DNA of 64,000 nucleotides, from NCBI GenBank assembly GCA_043228905.1, contig JBHGNT010000008.1, positions 11,160,001 through 11,224,000 on the forward strand. The letters run 5' to 3'. Within the stretch, counting starts at the first letter, position 1, and each line of letters starts with the position of its first letter. Source of the stretch: Azolla caroliniana (lineage: Eukaryota > Plantae > Polypodiophyta). The notes under the pieces are model-generated. The model did not search any database. It worked only from the letters and a program-made list of their open reading frames with translations, and was not told where the DNA came from. A program made the translations under genes and the position numbers. Positions 11,195 through 22,968 of the stretch are shown piece after piece.

Positions 11195-11615
11195 TGAAGA
11201 GCCTCGCGTTTCAAAGTGGAAGTCGTGGGTTCAAATCAAGGATCGGTATTGAAAAGATTCATCTTACGATCAAGGATTGTAAAGTTGGTAAAATATTATA
11301 TTTTTAATATACATCATGTTTATATCATATACTCTTGTTCCTTGAATCATACTTTGTCTCAATCTTCTTTCTAGAATCATACTTTGTCTCAATCTTCTTT
11401 CTTGAATCATACATTGTCTCTATTTTTTATCTATGCTTGTCTCTCTCTCTCCCACACACACACACACACACACATTACTCGTAACTGTTCTTCTTACTAT
11501 CCTTAACCATTCTATCATCACCATACAAGCCTTATTAAAAGTTAAGTTCCTTCAACTCCCCTTAACCTTAGTCCCCGCGACTTCGCCGCACGAACCACAA
11601 CTACCCCGACACATT

Positions 11616-11632
11616 TGGTGAACCCGACGTGA
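11616..11632 (+). promoter_or_regulatory. Primer-binding site complementary to the tRNA-Trp 3' end
   Basis: TGGTGAACCCGACGTGA is the reverse complement of TCACGTCGGGTTCACCA (plant tRNA-Trp 3' end), and lies 4 nt after the LTR-terminal CA. Confidence 0.8.
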
Positions 11633-12712
11633 AGGCGGCGACGAGGAGAAATGGAGGAGCAAATGAGGCTTATGTGTACGATGGTGGAATGAGTGATGCG
11701 GGAACAAGGGATGATGGCAAGCATCGACAAAGCCGTCGACAATATTCTCGCACGAGTAGGAATCTTCGAAGGTATAAATTTAACAAGATTTCTGAAGATT
11801 TATAATGAAGAAATGCTTAAACGCAGTGTCGACGAAGCTGCAAAAATTAATAGCTTTAGTCGAGTCGCTGCGATTGGGCTACAAGAAAGGATCCAAGAGC
11901 TACAAAGGGAACATCAGACATGGGTGACTTTCGAAAGAGCATTGCTAAATGAATACAACCTCAACGATATGTTAAGGATGACAAGGCGAGCTTTCATGGA
12001 TTGGGTAGAGTCTAATAAACATTTAAGTGTTTTGGAAGTATTAAAAGAGTTTTCTAAAAGATTTGAGCAACTAAATGTTAGAGATAGAAATATAATAGTG
12101 CCAGATAAAGTAATATTGTTTCTACAAGCTACTAATATTAAAGACAGGAAGGACTTGGGAATGATTTTAGAAGATCAGAATAGTCCAAGTGGACTTACCA
12201 AAGACTAGGAGGAGGTGAAAAGGGTGTGCGCCCATTTCTACAAAAGAAAGTTATGGTTTATGGAGTTGCCCAACAGAAATGATGAAGAAACAGGGAACGA
12301 GTCAGGAGAAAAGAAAGTAGAAGAATCACTCTTACACGAATTGGTGAAAGGCATGAAAGACTTGTCGATCAAAGTGACGAAGCTAGAATCGGGACGAACC
12401 TCAACTTTATCAAGGCAAGAGAGAGTGAGAAAATAATACAATCAAATAAAGAAGATTAGCTCATTGGGTGGAGAACCTCTCGTTTCGAAGTTGAGGTCGT
12501 GGGTTCAAATCAAGGGTTGATATTCAAAAGATTCATCTTGTGATCAAGGATTGTAAAGTTGGTAAAATATTATATTTTTAATATACATCATGTTTATATC
12601 ATATACTCTTGTTCCTTGAATCATACTTTGTCTCAATCTTCTTTCTTGAATCATACATTGTCTCAATCTTCTTTCTTGAATCATACATTGTCTCTATCTT
12701 TTATCTATGCTC

Positions 12713-12787
<75 letters not shown>

Positions 12788-15015
12788 ATTACTCGTAACT
12801 CTTCGTCTTACTATCCTTAACCATTCTATCATCACCATACAAGCCTTATTAAAAGTTAAGCTCCTTCAACTCCCCTTAACCTTAGTCCCTGCGACTTCGC
12901 CGCACGAACCACAACTACCCTGACAACGGTGTGGACAACGAGAAGCCATAAGTATGGTATTCCTCGTAAGGAATAATTTTTGGGAGTTAGTGTAGTAGGC
13001 TCATTTATGAGCAGTCAAGTACTGTCAGTACTTGTGTCAGCCCGATTTAAGGGTGTGTATAAGAAGTGCTCACTGAGCACGAAATATGTACAGAGCGTTA
13101 TTATTTTTGAAATAGAACTGAGTTGTCTGCTCTCTCTCTCTCTGTCTCTCCCTCTCCATCTCTGTGCTTTTTTATGTTTTACCGAACTATCATTTTCCGA
13201 ACTATGTACACTGTGTTTCGCATACGCTTCCGCACACATATTCTTTTACATGGTATCAGAGCGCGAGGGTTGAAGTCCTCTGCAGCCAGCAGAAAAGCTT
13301 GCGACAGAGACATAGTTGAGTTGTTATTCTTGGTTTTCGGAAAAGATAAGACAGCAACATGGACAAAGGAATGGGAAGCTCGCTACTGACTGAGAAGCTC
13401 GACACGAGCAACTACGCATCTTGGTCGTATAAGATGCACCAGTACCTGCTTAGTCATGGCTACTGGAGTTATGTTGAAGGAGATAATGGTACAACACCCG
13501 AATTGACACACAGGGATTTTTCGGCTTGGGAATAGGTGGCAAGCAAAGTTATCTACTGCTTTGCGTCCTGTGTGAGCGACCAACTATTGAGCCATATTCA
13601 GGATGCCAAGACGCCAAAGGATGCATGGGCGAATCTCAAGAAGATTTTTGCCGCTAGCACCACAGGTAGGAAGCTTCAATTCAGGCAGGAGTTGAGCAAT
13701 GTTCGACAACGAGAAATGTCGGTGGCTGATTACACGTCCAAGATCAAAGAAAGCTGCAACTCTCTCGCCTCCGTCAACGTGAATGTCGAGGAAGATGAAA
13801 TGGTGTAGGTTTGTCTTGGTGGGTTAGCGTGAAAGTTCGGAGCGTTCCGAACGGCAGTCTGTATGAGGGAGAATATGCCTTCGTTCTTCGAGCTTCAGTA
13901 AATGTTGCTCGTGGAGGAAAATCACGCGGGTGCGTCGACAAGTACGAACGTCAACAACAAGATGTTGTACACGAAGGGAGATAGGCCCCGTGGTCTGGCG
14001 GACAAGGCGGATCGGCGCATAATGGAGGCAGCCAAACAGAGCACAATGGACGGTATAATCAAAATGTCAGGAACAATTCTGAACCCTCCGGAAGCAGGGG
14101 GAGTCATGGCGGCTCTGGAAGCTGGCAAGAGAAGGCCGCGACAGAATGTTGGTACTATGGCAAGAAAGGCGACAAGGAGAGCGAGTGCTGGAAAAAGAAA
14201 GCCGATTCGGACAAAGCCCGATCGAGCGAAAGAGATGCAGGAAGGCGTCAAAAGTCGCACTATGTTGAGGACTCCGAATGAGCCGGAAATGGATCGGGCC
14301 CTACCTTTTTAATGAAGCACAAGGCCAATTCAATGGCCGTGAACACCTCGAAATCGAGTGAGGTGTGGTATGTTGATTCCGGAGCGTCAAATCATATGAC
14401 GAGTCACGAGGAATGGTTCACACACTTGGAGAAGCCGGAAAAGCAAGGGGTAGTCGAAATAGGAGATGACACCCCGCATACCATCGAACATGTCGGTGAA
14501 GTTCCCCTCAGCCATGTCGGGTAGAAAGGGAAACTCTTGAACGTGCTACACATCCCGACAATAATGAGGAACCTGGTGTCGGTCGGTCAGATTGTCGACC
14601 AAGGGATGCAAGTTTGATTCGCGCATCTAGGGTACTTCATAGAAGAGGAGGGCAAACTAATCACGCAAGGGTGTCGTGAAGGGAGGATGTTTGTCCTCGA
14701 AACCAACAATGTGGGCACCGCTATGTTTGCGAAAGGGCAGAAGGTCGAGTCGGACATCGACCTGTGGCATAAGCGGTTCGGCCATATTAACTTCCCACGG
14801 CTTCGTGAAATGTTGAAGAAGAGCATTGTGTTCCGCTTGCCGAAATTTCGAGGCCGGAATGGCCAAGTCTGCGAATCCTACCAGATAGGAAAACAACACC
14901 GACTTCCATTCCGCAACGAGCATAATCATAGTCGAAATCCACTGGATTTGATCCATTTGGATGTGTGGGGTCCGGCACAAAACGTGAGATTCGGTGGAAG
15001 CCATTACTTTGTAAC

Positions 15016-18000
15016 TGCAAAAAGTAACGTGCGGAAGCAAGTATGAAGACCGAACAGAAGGAAGAAAACTCAGGTTTAATGGAGAGCTTGAGCTTACGTA
15101 GTATACGCGGGAGAGACAGAGACAGAGAGAGAGAAAAAAAAGAACTATATTCAACAACACTACTCAATCTCTATTTCCCACCCTATATACATATGTGTGT
15201 TCAATGAACACTTTTATACAAGTCTTAGAAGGACTGACCGAAGTACTGACAGTACTTCAATGCTCATTAAGAGCTCCTACACTAACTCCCAAATATATTC
15301 CTCATGGAATATCTTTCCTAACGGTCTCCCGGTTTACGCACCGATCCGGCCCTACCTACGCACCGGTCTGCGTACCGGTTTACGCATTCGGCCTAACCGA
15401 TCAGTCCCAACCGATCCGGTCCTCGGCTTCTTCAGCCGATCCGGCCGATGTTGAGCTTGTCTCTCAACACTCCCCCTCAAGCTCAACTTGAGGCTCTTCG
15501 GGATCTTCGGGCTCACAGCTCCGGTTCCTCCTGGCTTCACACCTCGCTCGCGCTCCACAACCTGTTCAACTCTGCGCGCTTCGACCCTTCCGGTCGGCTT
15601 GTTTGCTCATGTGGCCCTTATCAGCTCTTCTGTTGTTGGGGTGTTGACGCTTCTCCTGCTGCCTTTTCTTCCGCTTGGGCCTCGGTTGATTCAGCGTATC
15701 TGAATCAAACATCTGAACCGACTCGGCTACCTCCGATCGGTTTTTGCTCTCGTCCGAGTTGGTTGTCTCCAACTTATCTTCGGTCTTCTCGCCCTCGATG
15801 GCGTCATCTTCCCCATGCGTGGTTGGCTTCGGCTCTCTCCTTCGGCTGCTCCCCTTCTGTCCACTTCCAGACTTTTCCGCGGGTCCGCCCTCGGCTTCTT
15901 CAGCCGATCCGAAGTCGAACTCGACAACCGAGTCAACCGACTCGGTGTCGCGGTCTCCACTCCTTTCCTCCTGCCTTGCTTGGTCGTTCGGGACTGTTCT
16001 CCCCCTCAAGTTTGGCACGTCAAGGTGACACAATCCGAGCGCACCTTAGAATTGCCGCAACTTGTCCAGACCAAGAGGCTTGGTGAAGATGTCGGCAGTC
16101 TGCAGATCCGTCGTAATGTACTGAAGTTCGACTTCACCGGAAAGGACACGCTCACGGACGAAATGGTAGTTCACCTCAATGTGCTTGGTCCGTGCGTGGA
16201 AAACGGGGTTTTTCGCGAGCTGGATGCTGTTGAGGTTGTCACAGTAGATCGTCATCGGATCTGACACCTCCTCTTACAGGTCCCTAAGTAGCCGCTTCAA
16301 CCATATGGCTTCGCATGTCGCGACAGCCGCTCCTCGGTACTCAGCTTCGGTGCTCGACAGTGCAACTGTCGGCTGCTTCTTACTGCTCCATGCGATCGCG
16401 GCACTCCCGAGGGAGAACGTGTATCCAGACGTGGATCAGAGATCGGCGGCGTTGCCAGCCCAATCAGCATCGGTGTAGCCGACTAGCTGCACGACTGCAC
16501 CGGTCCGATATAGCAATCCCCGGTCCTTAGTGCCGTTGACATACCAAAGTATGCGTTGCGCACACTGGAGGTGCTCCTCGGTAGGTCGCGCCATGAACTG
16601 ACTGATCAAGTATATGAGGTTGCCGACAATTTGTCGGAACCTCGTCGGGTCACATACCTTTCCCGTATCGGGACGAAGCTTGACGGTTCTATCCAGAGGA
16701 GTCGAGACGGACTTACAGTCGGCCATCCCGAATTTGAAGACCATACTCAGCACGTAATGACGTTGGCTGATCAATATGCCTTCGGGGGTACGGATCACTT
16801 CGATCCCGAGGAAGTAATGAAGGTCCCCCAGATCCTTCATGTCGAACGATGCCGCAAGCTGGAGCTTCACGTGGTCGATTTCACCTAGGTCGGCGCCAGT
16901 GATGACCAAGTCATCAACATATAGTAAAATACTAACCGGTCCGAGTCGACCTTTCCAGATAAACAGGGAAGAGTCCGAATTTGATGTGACGAAGCCCATC
17001 CGACGCAGTTGTTGCGTGATCTTCGCGTTCCAGGCACGCAGGGCTTGCTTCAGTTCGTAAAGGGACTTCTTCACTCGGCATACTGCCGAGGAGTTCGTTC
17101 CAGAGTGAATCCGGGGGGCTGTACCATGTACACCTGTTCCTCAAGGTCACCTTGCAGGAACGCATTCTTTACATCCATCTGATGTAAGTGCCACCCCTTC
17201 ACCGCAGCGACTACGAGCAAAACACGGATGGTCGTCATTTTCGCGACCGGCGCAAACGTCTCATCGTAGTCGATGCCGTGTTTCTGCGCGTAACCTTTTG
17301 CCACTAACCGGGCCTTGTATTGGTTGACCGAGCCGTCGGTGTTGTACTTGACCTTGTACAGCCACCTACATCCGATCGGTTTCACACCCTTCGGTGCGTC
17401 AACTAGATCCCAAGTCTCGTTTTCCGCCAATGCGTGCATCTCTTCCTCCATCGCGGCGCGCCAATTCGCGTCCTTCGCCGCTTCTGCGTAGCTCTCCGGC
17501 TCACGCACTTCCGCTATACGGGTCATGTACACATAGTGATGCGCCATGTACTCATTGTATCCGAACCGCAAAATAAGATTCTTCTGGCGGGTAGATCGGC
17601 GTAATCTCACATTAGCCGATGTCGAGGCCTTCTCGGTCGACGCGGACTTCACCTTTAAAGACCCGTCACCGGTTCCCTCGGAGTCGGACTCGCGTCGGTC
17701 TGACTCGTTCCTATCCGTGCCGGAATCCTACACCTTCTTCTTCCCCTTCTCTCTGCGCGTAAGCCGTCTCCTCGACTTCCTGCGCGGTGAATGCACGGCT
17801 GAGTCTCCACTACTCGCCGGCTCTTCATCGAACTGATCGTACCAACACAGTCGTCCAATTGGTCCACTTAAACGGAGTGAAATCGGACTCTCTTCGCGGG
17901 TCTCGATTTCGGGCTCATCTGGAGGCATCTCGGCCTCGCTGACCTCATCATCAGAACTCAGATTGGAGTCGAGGTTCGGAGTCGGGGGCTGGTACCAAGA

Positions 18001-21000
18001 CGCGGACTCGTCAAACACAACGTCGCGGCTAACACACGCTTGTTTGGTGCGAGGGTTATAGCACTTATAACCCTTCTGCTCGTCCGAGTAACCGACCAAG
18101 ATGCATTTCTCGGCCTTTGCGTCCAACTTCCTCCTTTTCTCCTTCGGTACATGCACATACGCAATGCTACCGAACACCCTCAAGTGTCGCAAGTTCGGCT
18201 TCGTTCCGAAATATAGCTCGTGCGCCGACACTTTGTCTCCGATCTGGTTCTGGATGTATACCGCGGTCCTTACCGCCTCGGCCTGGTAGAACTTGGGCAA
18301 GCTTTTCTCCTCCAGCATTGCACGTGCGGCTTCCACAACTGACCGATTCTTCCTCTCGGCCACGTCATTCTGCTCCGGCGTGTATCTACAACTGAATTCG
18401 CGCCGAATTCCCATTTGTTGTAGATAACCGTTGAATTGACCAGAAAAGTACTCTTTCCCGCCATCCAACCGCAGGCACTTGATCTTTCATCCCGTTTCCC
18501 TTTCCACGAACCCTTTGAGGTCCCGGAAACAGTCAAAGACTTCGCTCTTCCTCTCAATGAGGTAGATCCACGTGTCGCGCGTGTGGTCGTCGATGAAGGA
18601 GATGAAATATCGGCTCCCGCCAAGACTAACGTTTTGTGTCAGCCCCCATACATCGGAGTGTATAAGGTCGAGCTTGTTCCGGCTCCGGTTTCACTCGTTG
18701 GGGAAAGGAAGTCGGTGTTGCTTCCCGAGCTGGCAGGCTTCACAAATTTGTGCCTTTCGGCCACTAAATTTGGGCAATCTGAACACCACTTGTTTCGATT
18801 GCAGGTCTTGAAGCCGCTGGTAGTTGATGTGGCCTATCCGTTTGTACCACAAGTTGATGTCCGACTCGGATTTTTGTCCCTTCGCGAACATTGCAGTGCC
18901 GCCGTCAATGGAATCGAGGATGAACATCCTCCCGTCTCTGCGCCCTTGCGCAATTGTTGGCCGGTCAGAAGAGCAAGGACAAGTGGGAAGGCGGAATCGG
19001 ATCGGATAATAGGAAGTAAATAATAGTAGAATTATTATTCGGAGGGACGGATCCGGTACAGTTGTACCGATCCGGATCCGGACCGATTCGGATGTCGGTT
19101 GCCTAAGCGCACCGATTGTAACCTTGCCGGATGCCTATAAAAGGATCCGATGATTTGTAAAGTGTTTTGACGGAAGTAATACAATAGTAATTATTGCGTG
19201 TTTATCTGTATCTCGTATTGTTTACCGTCTGTGCTTAATTGTAATCATCTTACGCGTGTAACCTAGCATCCAATCCTTACCACCCCTTTGGAGAAGTGTC
19301 GGATAGACACCGGTGTTGAGGCTAGTCCGGCCAGACAGACAACAGCAATCACACGGCCTTCTTCCTCAATGAAGCACCCCAGGTGTGTAAATCGAACCTC
19401 CATCCCTTGGTCGGCGATCTGTCCTACCGAGACCAAGCTCTTCGTGATTGTCGGAACGTGCAGCACGTTCGTGAGTTTCCCTTTTTGCCCGACATGACTA
19501 AGGGGAACTTCTCTGACATTCGTGATTGGATGCGGAGTGTCGTCTCCAGTTGCGACTACTCCAGGTTGTATCGGTTTTCCAAGGTACGAGAACCACTCCT
19601 TATGGCTCGTCATGTGGTTTGACGTGCCGAAGTCTATGTACCACACCTTGTCCGATCTCGGGGTGGTCCGTTTCATTAAGTTTTCTTCATGTCTCGTCAC
19701 GAAGGCAGACCCTTCTACGGCTCTCCCGGAGTCTTCGGCATAGTGCGATCGCTGCCGATTTCCCTTATCGGTATGTCCGGAGCCGTTTCCGGAACCTGTT
19801 CTCTCCGAATCGGCGCGCTTCTTCCAGCACTCACTTTCCCTGTGGCCTTTCTTGCCACAGTACCAGCACTCCGCGATGGCCTTCCCTTGCCGGTTCTCAT
19901 CGCTTCGACTCCCCCTGTTTCTGGAGGGTCCGGAGTTGCTGTCGGTCGGCATCACTTCGGTGCCTTCTTCCTTGATCTCGTCGGCCGCCTCCATTGCGCG
20001 CCGACTCGCCTCGTCCTCCACGTCCACAGGGCCTATCTCCCTCCGTGTACAGCATTCTGTTGTCAGTGTGCGTGCTTGTAGACGCACCCGCGTGGTTCTC
20101 CTCTACCAGGAGCATTGACTGTAAGTCGAAAAAGGACGGTGTATTCTCCCGGGTACACACAGCCGTTCGGAACGCTCTGAACTTCGACACCAAACCTCAG
20201 AGACAGATCTGGACCATCTCGCTCTCCTCGATGTTCACCTCTATGGAGGCGAGGGAGTCGCAGATATCCTTGATCTTCGAGGTATAGTCCGCCACCGACA
20301 AGTCCCGTTATCGTAGGTTGCTCAACTCCTGTCGGAGCTGAAGCTTCCTGGCTGTGGTGCTCGCGGCGAAAATCTTCCTCAGATTTTCCCACGCACCCTT
20401 CGGCGTCTTTGATTCCCGAACATAGCTCAATAGTTGTTCGCCCACACACGACGCGAAGCAGTATAATACCTTGCATGCCGATTGCTCCCACGATGGGAAG
20501 TCTCTATGTGTCGATTCGGGTGCCGCGTCATTAGCTCCTTCGACATAACTCCAGTAGTCGTGCCAGAGCAGGTACTGGTGCATCTTGTAGGACCAAGACG
20601 CGTAGTTGGTTCTGTCGAGCTTCTCTGTTGGAAGCGAGCTCACCATGCCTCTATCCATCATTCTTGTTGTTCTTCTTCGTCAAGCTGTGTCGGCTGCAAA
20701 GAGGTTCTCAACCCTCACGCTCTGATACTATGCAAAAAGTAACGTGCGGAAGCAAGTATGAAGACCAAACAGAAGGAAGAAAACTCAGGTTTAATGGAGA
20801 GCTTGAGCTTACGCAGTATACGCGGGAGAGGCAAAGACAGAGAGAGAGAGAAAAAACAAGAACTATATTCAACAACAGTACTCAATCTTTATTTCCCACC
20901 CTATATACATATGTGTGTTCAATGAACACTTTTATACAAGTCCTAGAAGGACTGACTGAAGTACTGACAATACTTCAATGTTCATTAAGAGCTCCTACAC

Positions 21001-21187
21001 TAACTCCCAAATATATTCCTCACGGAATATCTTTCCTAACGGCCTCCCGGTTTATGCACCGATCCGGCCCTACCTACGCACCGGTCTGCGTATTGGTTTA
21101 CGCATTCGGCCTAACCGATCGGTCCCAACCGATCCGGTCCTCGGCTTCTTCAGCCGATCCGACCAATGTTGAGCTTGTCTCTCAACA
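15016..21187 (-). mobile_element. Ty1/copia family B copy 2, full length, nested in the integrase of copy 1; LTRs 15016-15469 and 20731-21187
   Basis: 5-bp TSD GTAAC at 15011-15015 and 21188-21192. Mutated PBS at 20719-20730, PPT at 15470-15480. gag/PR/IN/RT/RH ORF fragments on the minus strand. Confidence 0.95.
18955..19344. repeat. Solo LTR (390 bp) inserted in copia copy 2
   Basis: TGTTG...CAACA termini, TSD GCAAT at 18950-18954 and 19345-19349, and an internal TATAAAA. Confidence 0.85.
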
Positions 21188-22238
21188 GTAACCTTCATCG
21201 ACGACTTCACTCGGCACACATGGGTATGCACGATCGCGAAGAAGAGCAAAGTCTCCGCATGTTTCCTAAAGGTGAAGAACCTTGCAGAAAAGGAAACAAG
21301 GCGTAAGATCAAATGCCTACGGTCTAATGGCGGGAAGGAGTACTTCTCCAACCAGTTCACAAGTTATCTACAGAACGAGGGAATTCGATGTGAATTCTTG
21401 TGTAGATACACGCCGCAACAGAACGGCGTGGCCGAGTGGAAGAATCGGACAATCGAAGAAGCGGCTAGGGCAATGCTTGAAGAGAAGCATATGTCGAAAT
21501 TTTATTGGGCTGAAGCCGTGAGGACGGTTGTCTACCTGCAAAATCGGACTTCTGGCAATGGAGGAGTGTCGCCACATGAATTGTATTTCGGGAAGAAGCT
21601 GAACTTGTCACACTTGAGGATTTTCAGTAGCATTGCATATGTGCATGTGCCGAAGGAAAAGAGGAGGAAGCTAGACGCCAAAGTCGAAAACTGCATCTTA
21701 GTCGACTATTCAGATGAGCAAAAGGGGTATAAGTGTTATCACCCCCGAACAAAGGAAGTACGCGTAAGGCAAGATGTCCTGTTCGAAGAGTCCACTTCGT
21801 GGTACTTGCCTTCCCCTCCAGTATCTCATGACTCCATTCCGAATTCTGAAGAAGAAGTTAGCGAGGCTAAGATGCCTCCGCATGATGAGGACATTGGAGC
21901 TCTGAGAGAGAGTCTGATCTCATTTCGACTAAGTGGGCCGAATGAGGGGTTGGACCTAAATGGACAACCAAATGAAGAGACGGTGAGTAGTGAAGACTCA
22001 GCCATGATGTCCCCGCGTAAAGAACCGAGGAGACGGTTTAGCGCAAGGAGAAAGGGAAGAAAAAGATGTCGGAGTACGATTTCGACAATGTCGAGTCAAA
22101 TCGAAGCGAGTCTGACTGGGGGCAAACTGAAAAGGAACCTCCACGGAAGAGGTCGACATTATCCGAAAAGATCGTGAAATCAGGTAATCACGAATTACGC
22201 AAATCTACCTACCTAAAGAACCCCATAAAGAGATACAG

Positions 22239-22968
22239 TGTCGTGCCTTTTGGCGCCGGATCGTTGCGTGTGTCAGGTGGGAACCGATGAAGTTTTGGAC
22301 TATGAGAAAAGAAAATTCTAAGGCAATTAAGAATATGAAATATATTGTAAGAAAGAAAGATATGAAAACCTTGTGAATCCCACGAGTATAGTGTATTAGT
22401 TAGTACTTATATTAAGAGAGAAAAAAAATAGTTAGCAAATTCGTGAATCCCACGATTATATTATATTAATCCACCATTGTAAAATAATCAACAATCCCCC
22501 ATACATCTTTCTCTCCTCCTTATATAAGGATGGAAGAGGCGAAGCATAGCTTCATGCTTTTTCTAAAGTGTTCATGCACACTAAATGTGCATGAGTTGCC
22601 TTTTTACACTATGCTTTTATTTCCTAAATATAGTGCTCATGCTCGTTAGATGTGCACGAGTCATTTTTTATTGGTGTACATTTTTCTTATAAATAAAGTA
22701 TTCACGCATTCTAAAAAATGCATGACTTTCCTTTTAATAAAGGTAGCGTAAATAAAGGTCTTATACATATTAAATCTACATTTAGAACACTTAGGATAAG
22801 TTAGTGCAATGGTAAGGTTGAGGTTTGTCTATGTGGAGGTATGGGGTTCAAATCTTGCCTTGTACATGTAATAAATATTTCTAATATTTTTATTTATTTA
22901 TTATACGTACTTTAAATTGGATATAGTATTTTACATATTTCACATAATGTGTTGTTCACACTACGACA
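22239..22968. repeat. Solo-LTR-like insertion (730 bp) in copia copy 1
   Basis: TGTCGT...ACGACA termini; it interrupts the conserved RYGYNEY codons. Flanks ACAG and ATGG fit a decayed 4-bp ACGG TSD. Confidence 0.75.

Larger units (their letters stand above)
1828..12925 (+). mobile_element. Internally deleted LTR retrotransposon primed by tRNA-Trp. Its 5' LTR is split by the DNA transposon (1828-2203 plus 11195-11611); gag relic at 11693-12436; partial 3' LTR at ~12450-12925
   Basis: 11195-11611 is repeated at ~12470-12925 and both copies end ACTACCCYGACA. PBS TGGTGAACCCGACGTGA at 11616-11632. Gag-like ORF (FEGINLTRFLKIYNEEM) with an internal stop; no pol. Confidence 0.75.
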
